Below are positions 1 through 16,833 of a DNA stretch of 64,000 bases, piece by piece. Each line of letters begins with the position of its first letter. Positions within the stretch are counted from its first letter, which is position 1. The notes under the pieces were generated by a model. It saw only the letters and a program-made list of their open reading frames with translations. It had not been told where the DNA came from and searched no databases. A program made the translations under genes and the position numbers. This DNA comes from Octopus sinensis (taxonomy: Eukaryota): assembly GCF_006345805.1 (NCBI RefSeq), contig NC_043019.1, positions 8,679,360 to 8,743,359 on the forward strand. The letters run 5' to 3'.

Positions 1-538
1 GCGAGAACAATAATGTCGGTAGCGATTTTATTCCATTATAATACGTCCATGATAGAGAGGCCAGATGAGTAATCTTTTAGGTCTGAAACTATTATTGACC
101 GAAAGAACCGGTTATATGGAATCGCAGCATCGCTATTACATCTAGTTAACAGTACTGGTTTGTATCTGAAACGCAGTCATAAATTATAATGTTAGTTATA
201 GGACAACCTCGGACATATCATTGACAACCTGCATCTCACCAGACGACATGATACTGCCTCGTGTTTTGCATCCTGATTTACGGCCGGTATTGACAATATA
301 TCACCGCTTCAAATTCCGTAAAAATTAATGGGAAATCATAGTGAGTGACAATGACAATTAGTAAACATAAATGTAGGGTGCTATATGATGTAACTTCAGA
401 GAATGTTGATGCTACACAAAGAGGAAGAGAAGACAAGAGGGTCATTCAAATAAATTGTTGATCAGGCTCTTGGAGACAGCAAACGATTAAAGCTTGTAGC
501 CAACAGCAAATGCTTGAAAAGTAAGCAATAATAATAAA

Positions 539-1150
539 GGCGGCGAGATGGCAGAAACGTTAGCACGCAGGGCGAAATGCTTAGCAGTATTTCGTCTGCC
601 GCTACATTCTGAGTTCAAATTCCGCCGAGGTCGACTTTACCTTTCATCCTTTCGGGGTCGATAAATTAAGTACCAGTTACACACTGTGGTCAATGTAATC
701 GACTTAATCCGTTTGTCTGTCCTTGTTTGTCCTCTCTGTGTTTAGCACCTTGTGGGTAGTAAAGAAATAGGTATTTCGCCAATCGCTACGTTCTGAGTTC
801 AAATTTCGCCGATGTCGACTTTGCCTTTCATCCTTTCAGAGTCGATAAATTAAGTACCAGTTTCGCACTAGGGTAAATGTAATCGACTTAATCCCTTTGT
901 ATGTCCTTGTTTGTCCTCTCTATGTTTCGCCCCTTGTGGGCAATAAAGAAATAAGAAATTTTAGCTCACCGGGCGAAATGCACAGAGGTACTACATGTGT
1001 CTTTACCTTCTGAGTTCAAATTCCACCGAGGTCAACTCTGCCTGTCATCCTTTCGGAGTCGACAAATTAAGTACCAGTTGCGTACTGAGGTCGATGTAAG
1101 CGACTAGCTCCTTTCACTAAAATTTTCGGGCATTAGTCCCAGAGCAGAAA
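539..1150 (+). mobile_element. Head-to-tail trimer of tRNA-derived SINE (family A, octopus OK/OR-type)
   Basis: Head GGCGGCGAGATGGCAGAAACGTTAG, B-box GAGTTCAAATT and central GTCGACTTT.CCTTTCATCCTTTCGGGGTCGATAAATTAAGTACCAG motif, which recurs three times here and at other loci in the window. Units 539-769, 770-953, 954-~1150. Confidence 0.9.
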
Positions 1151-1603
1151 ATAATAAAAATAATTCACTTTCAGGTAGCAGCTTGTATGCAATCGAATGT
1201 GTATATATATATCTATATATATATATATATTCATAAATTTCAAACCTACACACACATACACACACACTTACACACACACACACATAAACTTATATAGAAA
1301 TACATACGTACATATATATACAGTATATATGTATGTGTGGTGTGTGTGTGTGTGTTGTGTGTGTGTGTGTGTGGTATGTATGTATGCATTCGTTCTATAT
1401 ATTAGTTTTCTTCCTGTTGGTATTCCTTTTTTCCCTGCATTCATGCGCGTGAATTAAAGGACGCCCGTCTTTTTTTGTCCATACGTTTATGCAACCATAA
1501 ATCTGTCTATATAAGTATGTCTATTACAATGTATTTGTGAATATAAATTGGTGTCCGAGTACGAGACGCATGCAACATAACCACTTGCACTGTCACAAAT
1601 ATG

Positions 1604-1643
<40 letters not shown>

Positions 1644-2661
1644 AGGGAAAAGATGGAAAGGGACACAGAGAGACACAAAGAGAGAATGACAGAGCAAGAG
1701 AGACAGAGACACGGAGAGAGAGTGTGTGTATGTATTAAGAGAGGATGTAACTCTGTGACACACACAAACATAAATAGAAGCAGCATAAATCACCAGAGAA
1801 TAGTCATAATGAATTATTGTCTGCATTTGTACAATTTGATGGCTCAATTACACCATTTATTATTGAGAAATGTGGCCTTTTTACGACTATGGTTACTCCG
1901 AAGTATAGCTTACAACTTTTCCTTATCTCTTTTGTGCATGCCGAGAAATTACAATTTCCGATTGCAGTATATCAATTTATTAACTCTACTTACTAAAGTG
2001 CACTGCCATTGTACGTGTATATATATATATATATAGCTGTATGTTTGTACGTATAGGTTTGTGACTGCGTATATAAATACATTTATCTATATAAACGGAC
2101 ATATATTTATATCTTCAGATCCCTTATCTATCTATGTATTTATCTATCTATCTACCTACCTACTTGTATATCTGTCTGTCAAACTGTCTGTCTATCTATA
2201 ATTATATCTATATCTATACAGATATAGATATATCTATCAATATCTATCTATAAACATATTTATATCTATCAATCTATTTACCTACCTATCCTATCTCTCA
2301 GTTGGGTCCCAGTTGATGGCTAACCACAACGTTCAGTATCTAGCGTGTGTGTCTACGATTAGTTGTTAGTCACTGCGTAAATTATTCTGGTAGTTATTTC
2401 CGCGTGTCCTCCGCTGGACAGTAAAGGTATCCTACAGTATGTATTAACATTACTAATGGTAACATGAATGGAGACATATACATCTACAAAATTTATTCTA
2501 TAGTTATATACTGCATATTATGATGCCCTACGCGTGTTTCCATCGCAGTGACTAAACATTGTTACAGATGCATGGTTGCATCTGTCCAAAAACAACGCTC
2601 ACAAGTATTAAGATAATCAAAGTAGCTTACAGAAGCAATAATCTCGACCTTAACCTCTTTT

Positions 2662-2891
2662 AATACCTATTACTTTATTACCCACAAGGGGCTAAACACA
2701 GAGGAGACAAAGAAGGACAGACATGGGTATTAAGTCGATTACATCGACCCCAGTGCGTAACTGGTACTTAATTTATCGACCCCGAAAGAATGAAAGGCAA
2801 AGTCGACCTCGGCGGAATTTGAACTCACAACGTAACGCAGACGAAATACCGCTAAGCATTTCGCCCGGCGTGCTAACGTTTCTGCCAGCTC
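2662..2891 (-). mobile_element. tRNA-derived SINE, family A
   Basis: Reverse complement aligns end to end with unit 539-769. Confidence 0.9.
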
Positions 2892-3345
2892 AATACCAAG
2901 CCCCAACTTTGTACGGTGACTAGGGTAAAATCATGGTGAGCAACACATACTTATAAATCACACAGCAACCTCCCACGGAACACTGAATTACATGAATTTA
3001 CCTCAAACAGTTCGATGAAGACCAGAGGGATGGACACTGATGAACGATCTCCGACAATATTGCAATGTTGCATCTCCAAACGTGACTACTCGCTGCGCTC
3101 GAAACACGTGTAGGCCATTCTAATATGCTCTCTTTAACTACGAAATAAAATCTGTGGGTGTACATGCCAGCTTTTCATGTAACCTGTTTTGTATAGGTGT
3201 TCTGTATTCTTTTCTATCGGCATAGTTCTTTGTTGGGTCTCAGTCGGAACCCAAACCTTGTTTGTTGTTAACACAACGTATCGCCTGATATATATATATC
3301 CTCCAGCCTTCATCAGGTTCAGTAACCTGAAAAATAATGATGATA

Positions 3346-3545
3346 ATAATGATAAAAATAACAATGATGATGATGATGATGACGACGACGACGACGACGA
3401 CAACGATGATAATGATGATGATGATGGTGGTGGTGGTGGTGGTGGTGGTGGTGGTGGTGGTGGTGATGATGATGATGATGATGATGATGATGGTGATGGT
3501 GATGGTGGTGGTGGTGGTGGTGGTTGTGGTGATGATGATGATAAA
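3346..3545. repeat. Compound trinucleotide microsatellite (GAT/GAC/GGT)n
   Basis: Read directly; explains the poly-D/G/P/S ORFs at 3134-3794. Confidence 0.95.
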
Positions 3546-3560
3546 AACAATGAAAAATAC

Positions 3561-3609
3561 CTTAGGTATAAGAACGTAGGTTCGAACTTTCCCCAACACG
3601 CTTTGATAT
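3561..3609 (-). CDS. Possible 49-nt exon (YQSVLGKVRTYVLIPK or IKACWGKFEPTFLYL)
   Basis: Acceptor tcttcctcttttctgtcag|, donor AAG|gtattt, two open frames. No protein family recognised. Confidence 0.25.
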
Positions 3610-4320
3610 CTGACAGAAAAGAGGAAGATTTCTTTGTGGATGTTTTTGAGTGCAGTCTATATATCAACGGTATTTACCGTGCGAACGTTGCCTTTAGAAC
3701 TGGGAAAGCTCAACAGTTATCCCATGGTATCAAATCCCATGCTCCAAATGTGCCACTGGATCAGCACACAGGTCTAGCACACAAGTCCATATAATTCTAC
3801 TTCTAAAACATTGATTTGTCCGATGCGCTGTCCTAGGGGCTACGCAGTAAGATACACCCGCAAACCTTCGTGATATTGGAATGAAAACTTTAAGAATTCA
3901 GCTGTAATTCGCTAACACGTATCAATGTGCGTACATATGTACATCCTCACACATATATGCGTGTATCAGCATTGAGTTCATTCTACACACACTCATACAC
4001 ACACACGCACACACACACATATATATAATTCTACACACACACACACACATACACACATAGATATTGTTATATATAATAATATTGACATAAATAAAAGATA
4101 TACATTTACACATGTCAATACGTGCGTTCACTCATATCCATATTAACCTATCTATTTATATATCTATATGTTTGTCTATCCATATATATATGTGTGTGTG
4201 CGCGCGTGTGTGTGTGTATATATACATACACACACACACACTGACACACATGCATAGTCACAATCGCACTAAAAGCATATGCGTGCTTACGTACAGGCAC
4301 ACACACACACACACACACAC

Positions 4321-6502
<2,182 letters not shown>

Positions 6503-9351
6503 TATTCGTAAGTGCTCTTGGGGCCAAGGCAGGGAGATTTGAGTGGACGTAAATGTGTGCTTGTATCCAAATCTGTAACAGAAACTATTAACGAAAGTTA
6601 ATAGTTTTGCTGACCGATCGACGCTCGAAAGTGACGGACGCCTCTCAGAGTATGGCGACGGAGTCAATGTTCTTTTTGTCTTTTATCCGATCACAACTTC
6701 CTCTGCTCTCATTTAAAATCCCATGGAGTCTAACTTTGTCTTTATCTTCTTGGAGTTACTAAATTAATACTATGCGACTTATTCTAACCATGCGCCGCAA
6801 GATTTCAAGAGGACACTTGGGAAAGGTCACTTGAAGGAGTGAACGCTATCTTGCGAATCCAAGTTTGAAAATAAATTTACGCAAACTTTAAAATCTCTAA
6901 GAATATCATAGAATAAGAATATCATTACTCAAACTGTTCCTCAATTTTTTTTCAGATATCATGGAAATTTTTGTTCAGTATATTCAGTAGCATAAAAAGA
7001 CTTTCCAGGTCTATTTTAAAACAGAACATCTTACGCAGAACAAATCCCAAATGCGTTTCCATAGAAATAAATGTGGAAACCCAAATACCTACATCTTAAT
7101 CTAGCAAAACTGTAATCAATTTTCCCCCCAAGTATTAGAAAAATTCCCACAACACAAATGTTTTATTTTTTAAAAGAATTTAGACTTAGAAACATTTCGA
7201 CTTTCTCGACGAACATTATTAAACAATTTGTTTCTGCTAAATTTTTTACCTTACAATTTCGTTAAGATCGATTTTCAGTTATTTTTCCAGCATTAATAAA
7301 TATCCTCTAGATTATATTGCCTACATTCTCTCAAAAAGGAAATAATAGCCTGTACAACTTCATAATATTTCTAACACGTATATTGGCCTTATACTTAATC
7401 CTTTTAAATCCAGCATCAAAATGAATCCGGTTTAAAGCAATATATTTGTTTTCATTCATGTTGGAATTAAAAATCGTAAAAGTAATTTACAACTTAAAAT
7501 GAACATTTGGTTCAGAGTTGAATCCTATAAAAAAAAAAGCGAAAATAAAACATGAAATCTTTGCAATTCGCAAAGCTTAGAAATTCTCTGCATAGAATCA
7601 CAATAGTTAATATTCTTACTGAATGAATTTTTTGTTGCAAGGAAGAGATTTATTAAAGGAATAATCGTTTTAAGCCTATTAACTAAACTAACAAGTAAAA
7701 ATTTTGGCTGCGTAAACAAAATGATCGATAACTTAAACAAGCGTATTACTACCCGTACGCCGATAAATTAAAGAAATAAATCCTATATCTTGCAATGTAG
7801 ACACATTTAATGCCTTCTGTATCCAATATTTTAACACAAATCTACTCCGGTTTAAATCTTCGTTATTTCCAGTTAATACAATGTGCAACATTTTCAAAAT
7901 ACTACTTCCAAATATATCTGCCATATTTTGTGTCAATATTTGATAATTGAGCATTTTAAAAATATAAGGAAAAATAATATGATGCAAAATTAGTTATAAA
8001 GGTGTATTTGGAAACGACAAATGTGACAATGATTGCAGACTCTGCAGGACTGAAACTGAATTGGTGATCCTTATCGAAAACCATGTTGGGGAAAATGTTA
8101 GTCTCTCATGTAACTAATTCAACAATGGTATCCTAGCGATTTATCTTTATTTTAGCATAGCATTTCTGTTTCCAATTACCTTTACATTTATGATCAATTT
8201 TGTTAGACAAGCAATTTTCTTTACAACGCATCTTTCTTCTTCATTTCCCCGTATTATAATGTCTGAGCTACTCTAGTTTCAAGTAATTCATAAAACCATT
8301 CTAGATGCATCACAGTTGTATTTATTAGGCAAGTGATTTGATCTGAGACTGTTGAAACAAAGGCAAGCAAGCGTGAAAATATTTTTTAGTCATTCAAAAC
8401 TATTAAATTCATTTAATCATTTATTCCTTGGTGTCGACACTGCCATCACGCCGCCATCACATTTCAATTACTGACGCTTCTATAAACTGGCCAATAACCA
8501 AAATGTTCAAATTCGTGGAACTGTGGCAGGGACCAGGTCGCGAACGAAATTTTAAACACCACACCATAAATATTTAAGCGAAGTGAACAGTTCCTGTGTG
8601 ATTCTAGCAAAAGTCGTCTTTCATGTAATCACCAGATTATGCCATTCGCATCAGAGGTCTGATGTTTTCAACATCTTAACCAAAGGTTCCACCGCTCATT
8701 GTTTTTACCAGGACATCGTGCTGGTTATAAAATAAAACCGTGGCGACACTTTCAAGAAATTACTTCTAACATGGGTCGCATATTCGATGATAAATCTCCA
8801 TATTTCTCGATAGTCTACAATGCTTGTTCTTTGTAAATTTTATGCCCCAGATAATTTCTTATTTCTGTTTCCTGAATTGTAATACCATACCCTTCGAAGA
8901 GAGGGTTATTACAATGCTTGGTTATCCAAGAGATGCTAATCTAACCCGATAGGTTCTGTGACTACGCCGTCTCCTACGATAATACGCATATGATTCTTTC
9001 TTGATAAGAAAGTAGCTTTTCACCTAATGTTCCAACGAAATGGAACTGCTGAAATACTGGGAGTATATTGAAGGCAAAAAGTCATTAGGCATATTTCAAG
9101 GAAGACCTTTTATGGCTCTCACGATGATATCTTTCATATATGTGTGGATGAGGTGCACGGATACACCTGGACCGCTTGGATGAAGTCGAAATGCTTTGAT
9201 GCAATATTTTAAAAGATGTTCGAGTCGACGTCAAAGTTTGAGTTACGTCTATTCGATTAGGTAGAAGTCAATAGTAATAGCATTCTTGGTGTACCTAGGT
9301 ATGTTTTTATGAAAGTAGGTACATATATGTATATAATATATAAACAAATCC

Positions 9352-9382
<31 letters not shown>

Positions 9383-9409
9383 TCATACCACACTTAAACA
9401 CAAACCCAC

Positions 9410-9455
<46 letters not shown>

Positions 9456-9576
9456 TAATATACATAAATATATAGAGAAGGAGAGGGGGGTATATATATA
9501 TATATATATGCATGTATGTATGTCTGTATGAATGTGTTTATAGATTTATGCATATATATATATATATATATATATG

Positions 9577-9622
<46 letters not shown>

Positions 9623-9692
9623 ATATGCACATATACATATAATGTAGATACATGTGCCTATATGTGTGTAGATATAATGTATATAAATATGC

Positions 9693-9723
<31 letters not shown>

Positions 9724-10588
9724 ATATATATATGTATGCATGTTTTATGTATGTATATATAAATATATGTATGCATATATATAAATTATGCATTTGACTC
9801 TATAGACGAATATGTGTATGTTTCTGTATGCGTGTATACGTATGAACTGTGGTCTGCCAACGTTCGAATATATCCAACAAGATTTTACAGTTTGTTAAAT
9901 ATTAACAGAGCTGGAAAACGTGATTTTACGCTTGGAAATCTCAAAGCAGCACCAATTCCTTTGTACAGTCGCTTGCATACATACACATGTACAGATATAC
10001 ACACATACACACATATATATATGTATGTGTGCGTGTGTCAGTGTAAATGTGCAACACTGTGCGAGTGTGTGTACATGTGTGCCTCCATAAATTAGTGTGT
10101 ATAAATGTATAGACATGCACACTCATATTTATATGCTTGTGTGTGTGTATACATTCATAAATAATAATGTATACATAAATGCTCAAGTGATCAATACTCA
10201 ATAATAGCTGTGATGAAGTATAGTGTTCAATGCAGGTTATATATGCCCGTTGTGTGCTATATAATTGAATTCCTTCCATCGTTCCAAGCAGGTTTCCCTG
10301 TGGATATTAACGCTCTTCAGTGAAGCTGACGTGAAGTCAGCCCTGCTTGCAACACCCACTGCGAATTTACAGCAATCAGAGAAGAAGCTGCCTAGAAACA
10401 TGTTACGCATTGAATTCATCTTCGGTTACCCAAGTTCACACACACACACACACACCACACCACTTATGCGTGTTATATACACAGAGAAGCAGAACTAGGT
10501 GCAACATCATATCTGCATCGAAATACATGTATACATAGATGTGTGTATATAAGTATAGATTTAAATGTTTATGCGTATGTATTACATA

Positions 10589-10654
<66 letters not shown>

Positions 10655-10882
10655 CCGTGTGGGTGTGTGTGTGTATAAATATACACATATCACTATGCAT
10701 TTATACATGTATGTATATCAATCAGTATAAATATTAATAAATATATATTAAAAATGATTGGTTGCGTTGCCAAGAGGTCATATATATGGTAATATTATTA
10801 AAATTGATAAGCGTATATGTCTTTATATATACATGTGAGTGGGTGTGTGTATATGTATATATATATGTATGCATAAAAAAAA

Positions 10883-10913
<31 letters not shown>

Positions 10914-11770
10914 AATATATATATACATATATATTAATGAACACACATATACATACATATATCTGTGTGCGTGTGTGTGTTTTGTGACGTGTGTGCAAGT
11001 ATGTATAATTATATATGTTATTATATTGGTGTTAATATTAATGTATATTATCAAAAGCAATTGATAAAGTGTGCGCATATACACATCATATACATATATA
11101 AATATATATATATGTGTGTGTATAAGTGTGTGAGTGTGTGAGTGTGTGATTGCGTATATGTGTGTGTACTTACGTATGAAGTACATATAACTACACATGT
11201 ATACATGTATGTGCATATCTATGCACTTTACATTTTCTCTGTTCATGGTCTGATTGTGCGCATTTACATTACTATACATACGTATTACTATACATGCATG
11301 AATAAAATTTACGTATATAATATCTACACACACACACGGAAACATATATATGTAGGTGTATATGGTTGTATATGTATGTATGTACATATGCATGTATGTT
11401 CTATGTATGTGTGTTGTATTCATATATTGGTGTATATATACGTTATGTTAGTATGTAAGAATTTTTATGTTGCGTGATTGATGAAGTGAACGATCGAAAA
11501 AAATCTAGAAATCAAAGCTGAATTACTTTGCAACTATTAATTTAATTTGTTTCATGTCATCTTTTTGATATTTTCGCCATTTTTCTTACAATCTTCTAAA
11601 ATGTTTATTTATTTCGTTATTTATTTATGCTCTGTGCTTCATTAACTGACTATTCTCCATTACCCTCGTACTGCAGTAGATTAAAATATAGGAATGAAGC
11701 GGGCACTTTATGTACTTCTGTGCCTCCTAATACGCACGTGTGCGTGAGAGTATATACATGTATGTACACA

Positions 11771-11831
<61 letters not shown>

Positions 11832-12074
11832 TATATATATGTGTGTGTGTGAGTAAATATATGTATGTATGTATGATTGGCAAAGAGAGAAAGAAATCTC
11901 GACAGATAACTGGAAACAGACAAACATAGATAATTGCACACATACACCTATCTACACTATATGTATATACATACATTTATCTAGATATAGAGAAAAATAT
12001 TCCTACGTACATTTGTGTACGTATACGTGCATATATACATATGCACGTTCACATATAGATATGCATATGTATGT

Positions 12075-12111
<37 letters not shown>

Positions 12112-12185
12112 TATATATATATATATATATAGACTACTGAAAAGTGTCACATGATAGAAAGATATATAAATAGATACGAATAGGT

Positions 12186-12231
<46 letters not shown>

Positions 12232-12694
12232 GTATGTATACATAATACGCATGTATATATATGTGTGTGTGTGTGTATATTTGCAAAGAGGAAGCTGGAG
12301 GAGAGAGAGACTATGAACGAAGGCAGACGAAGCTTGTTCATTTACTATTGGTTCCGGTTCAGTTCACAACTTGTCTCCGCTATAATCAATGACTTCTTTA
12401 AGTTGTTCAAATGTTTCATCGTTCGATTCATGTAACAACTAATATGCTTCCATCTCATGTATCTTGTTTCTACTGATATCCATTATTCTTTTTTGTTGGC
12501 ATTTTTTTCTGTGGGGCCTCGATCGGACCACAAGTATCCAATAACTCGGTCCAGTTTATATATCCATACGAAAATCTTAATATTTTTCTTATACGCCTGT
12601 GTTTTCGCGGCCATTCCTCATTTTCTTTTCTCTGCTAGAATTAGAAATGTATATTTACTCATACGGGTTACTTCGGTGTTGTTACTTTACTCAC

Positions 12695-12811
12695 CAGTAT
12701 TTTGCCATCAGCTTAATTCGACCTGAAGCGCAGGTCCTTCTCGTGTTTCTATTTTCATTTGCACATGGTGATAGGTCTAAATATGACTCGAACCACTCAT
12801 CTGATGGATAA
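12695..12811 (-). CDS. Internal coding exon, 117 nt, phase 2-2: YPSDEWFESYLDLSPCANENRNTRRTCASGRIKLMAKY(W/C); product unknown, loosely like a C2A-C2B linker
   Basis: Long pyrimidine tract tttatttctttttctctctctctcttacattttgtccag|, donor CTG|GTGAGT, length divisible by 3, one stop-free frame with protein-like composition. Confidence 0.6.
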
Positions 12812-13128
12812 CTGGACAAAATGTAAGAGAGAGAGAGAAAAAGAAATAAAGTAGGCAGTAACCTCACCCACGTACAAGAAATTACAAACCAATGTGTATT
12901 TCAAATCTCCGTGTACAGGATTGGAGGCGACGAAATAAAACAGTAGCAGGATTTAGAGATAATCTGGTTCCAACGGAAATGACAAATTACAAAATACAAG
13001 ATGTTCGGATCGAATTTAACAGTTTCCAAAAAAAAATGCTTAAATATATAAAAGCATAAAGAACTAAAATTATTTTGATAATCTACAAACCCTCAACTAA
13101 GAGATTATGGGTGAAATATAATATTTTG

Positions 13129-13470
13129 CTCAACTTAACCGCCATTAGCCTCAACTACGGCCTCAAGAGGGCTCGGGAACAGGTTGTATGCGTTTTTACA
13201 GTATCCCTGAGAAGAGCTTGGAGCACCTGTTTGGTATTAGACTCTACCTCGCTCTTGTTATTTAAAGCTGAGCGGTTTGTGGTTTCCTCATCTGCGCCCT
13301 CACATAGTAAACCAAAGAAGTACAATCGGGGGAATTACGAAGTAAGGAATTATGAAATGTGATGTCCTAAAAATCCTCCTACGATCTCTTTTGACTATTT
13401 TCGTCGATATTGCAAACTGAGAATTCCTGTCGTTAAACATATGAACTTCCAGCAACAACCCTCTCCGCGG
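13129..13470 (-). mobile_element. Decayed Tc1/mariner (maT/DD37D-like) transposase C-terminus
   Basis: Minus-strand translation across stops gives ERVVAGSSYV*RQ..NSQK..NSPDCTSLVYYV..LEAVVEANGG, matching the WQQDSAPCH / WPPNSPDCNPMDYYVW / RLEAVVEAEGG motifs of this family. Confidence 0.8.
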
Positions 13471-13727
13471 AATTTATAACCCGAACATAAAGGAGCATAA
13501 CACAGCATTTGGTCTACCGGTGCAATTTACAACAGATGAGAGACGACATTAGTTGGAGGGAAACGGTGTTGAGATAAATATGTGGTTTATTCCATACATT
13601 ACAAATGAGCAACAATACAGAGCAAATGAATGAATCATAGGTTTTGGTCTTCATACATTCAACGCGATATTAGGAGGAATGGGGTAGCAAAACTCATATA
13701 GATGCGCATACAAAGTTATGCATATGG

Positions 13728-13775
<48 letters not shown>

Positions 13776-14104
13776 TATATGTATATATATGTGTGTATGT
13801 ATGTATGTATGTATTTTTATATATATATATAATATATATATTATATATATATATAATATACACATATATATATTATATAGATAGATAGATAGATAGATAG
13901 ATAACGGTATATAATAAGCTGTAAAACATCCAGAACTATTGCGAGGCCAACAAATACACGCAGGCGTACACATCACAATCACATAAGCAGACACACAAAG
14001 ATATACGCACGCATATATATTCATATATACGTTTATACATCCATGTATACATAAATGTCTATCTATCTATCTATCTATCTATATATATATATTATATATA
14101 TATA

Positions 14105-14712
14105 TAATTCTTCGGTATGAGGCGAAACAGCTTGCTGCTAGCCAACTTATTTTTCTTTACTATATATGAACCTTACAAAGGTCTTGACAATTATTTTGTC
14201 GTATTACATACCGAAATTACGGTAAATAATTGTTGGTTACATGAAAAAACACAGGAAAATTATTTACCATTTTTATTGTATTACCATGTGGATTCCTCAT
14301 TCCATTACGATTACCCAGAAGGCGCGCATGGCAGAATTTTGGAGGAAAATTACGTTCCCAGTCGTTACTTGGTTTTAACATCTGCGCACTTCCCCCCACT
14401 ATCTGATGTCGCTGGGTCAGAAGTGAGGGCCGGTGGCATTTGATAAAGCTATCGAATATAGCGCTGATGACGGAATTCAAACTCCCCTTTTTTAATGTTT
14501 GTGATCCAGAAACACCGTGTTCGCTATTAACGGTAAGTGACTGAATTCGCTATATTTGCCACTCCGGTTTTGTGTATGTGAGCCGCAAGGGCCTTGTTTT
14601 TGAATCTCCACTTATAGAAATGGAAAAAACGGTCTTTGACTACCATTTCTAATTCCTTCGGTATGAGGCGAAACAGCTTGCTGCTAGCCAACTTATTTTT
14701 TTTTACTATATA
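14105..14712. repeat. ~60-bp direct repeats 546 bp apart, bounded by (TA)n (possible Penelope-type pseudo-LTR relic)
   Basis: TTCGGTATGAGGCGAAACAGCTTGCTGCTAGCCAACTTATTTTT at 14111 and again at 14657. Confidence 0.8.
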
Positions 14713-15562
14713 TATATATATATATATCTGTACATATCTATACACACACACACATAGGTATATATATATATATATATACACACACGCACACAGATACTCA
14801 CATAGATACAGAAGCAAATCTGCATGTAGATACAAAGGTAGATATGTTTGTATGTATGTATGTACAATTATATATGTTATTGCTGGTGCGTATGGCGCTT
14901 TGTCATTTTCCTATGTATAAACATTCTACAACTTCATCAGCATATATCCATGTGTATATACATGCACAGATATGCTTATACACACGCACACATATATGTA
15001 TGTGTGTGCGTATATATGTATATATGTGTGTGTATGGGTGTTTGTATATATTTCACCCTTCAAAATATAAACAGCTGCTCCTGATATAAGCGAGAGATAA
15101 AGTTAAATAATTAGCTGTGAACTGTCTTCAATTGGAAGTGTGTTTGACTTAATCTTAGATGTAATCGGTGATGCAATGCGGCAGATCGTATCTCGAAGCT
15201 TCTTGAGGTAATATTTTTACATGAAAGCATAACACTGACGATTCAACAATTTCTTAAATACATGCAGACTCACAATCACACATGCACAGAGAGGGGCATA
15301 TATATAAATATACATACACACATACATACACACGCACAGATATATATATTCAGTAGATGGAAGTGTAACACGTGTGTGCGTGTGGAAGGATATATACATG
15401 TTATATATATATATATATATAGATATATATATATATAATATATATATATATATCTATATATATATATATATATAATATATATATATGTATAATATATATA
15501 TGTATATATAATATATATATATATATATAATATATATTATACATACATACCAACACACACAC

Positions 15563-15605
<43 letters not shown>

Positions 15606-16358
15606 ATATGTACACGCCCACTCACTCGGAATGTATCTACATGCGTGTGAATGTGCGTGTGGTTACCTATGTGATGTAGAAAATTTCGAAGATTCTCCTT
15701 GCGTTATTTCCTCGTTATATTATTTTCATGCTATGTCACGATAGGAATAACTTCCTGCAAGTATTTCAAACACTAACACATATCGCATACACCAGTCACT
15801 CAAATATAAAACAACCCGACAGTTCAGTGAATATAGCCGACTTTAAAAAAATATTATTCTGGCAGAAATGGTAAGAGTAAAAGATTACCAAACCTATTGT
15901 CTTTGACTATTAAAAACGGTACGAGGGATTTACATAAGCAAGCACTTCTATGGAAAGACATTTATGGATTTGAGAACTTCATTTTGAAAACACGGCGTTT
16001 AATATTTTCAAGATGTATTCTTTTAAAATATCAAATACGATCAGAAGGGATGTTTTGGTATCACAAAATATTTGAAAGAAAATTTAATATCGAATATTCC
16101 ACGAAAGGAATAGGCATGTGGAAACTTGCTTTTCCTAATATAATATCCATCTTCACGGCAACGAATTTTAGCGAATGTATAGAATTGTTGAAGATAATCA
16201 ATTAGGTGCTTCACTCGATAAGCAAATCCTGATTTTGTTTCATTAGATTTCATTTGAGCATAGAAAATTTATAATTAAGATATCATAAAGAAGAATGGCG
16301 AATTCTACATCTTCAAAGCTTGTTTATTTTACAATTATTTTCATGAAACTCACATTAC

Positions 16359-16530
16359 ATTCGAATCCGTCACGTGTTTCTTTTGTATAAATGTCCTAAT
16401 ATGATTTGATGTCGAATTTATGTGCATTTCGATGAATATGTACTGAAACTAAATGGCCTAAATACACATAAATGCTACATGAGAGGACATTAGGACACAT
16501 ATGGAACAGAAACACGTGTCGGATTGGAAT
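16359..16530. mobile_element. Degenerate fold-back MITE
   Basis: Imperfect inverted arms attcgaatccgtcacgtgtttc / gaaacacgtgtcggattggaat, plus inner arms tgtcctaat..atttatgtg / cacataaat..attaggaca. Confidence 0.6.
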
Positions 16531-16785
16531 CTAATGTGAGTTTAATGAGAATAATATTGTAATAAACAGGTTTTGAAGACGTATAATTTTTCATCCTTCT
16601 TTATCTTTTTTGGGTGATTCTGAAATCTTATATTCATATATATCCATGTATGCGTGTGCACATGCGTTTCCGTGTGTCATTTAAACATTTTTAAAGCCCA
16701 AACAACATTAGTTATCAAAAATAAATAACACAGGTTGATGAGTGCTACTACTACCTGGTATTTCAAAATCCCGGGTTAGGCCCCT

Positions 16786-16832
<47 letters not shown>

Positions 16833-16833
16833 C

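Noticed and set aside
240-411. Minus-strand segment with a strong acceptor and a GTGAGA donor
   Set aside because: All three frames contain stops. It could only be a non-coding or terminal exon, and nothing else supports that.
3037-3110. CTGATGA ... GAAAC on the plus strand (similar hits at 14464, 22323, 53055)
   Set aside because: No stem II closes directly onto a GAAA.
3270-3320. Hammerhead-like CTGATGAaggctgg...caggcGATAcg on the minus strand
   Set aside because: GAAA is mutated to GATA, stem II is broken and there is no valid NUH; a relic at most.
7525-7987. Two adjacent AT-rich minus-strand ORFs (71 and 84 aa)
   Set aside because: No recognisable motif and no consistent splice sites; lengths are plausible by chance.
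9933-9959. GIGAALRFP, resembling the eRF1/Pelota C-terminal motif
   Set aside because: A nine-residue match with no acceptor tract and no flanking similarity.
11694-11743. MKRALYVLLCLLIRTC followed by a GTGAGA donor (signal-peptide-like first exon, plus strand)
   Set aside because: Short, adjacent to microsatellite, and no downstream plus-strand exon identified.
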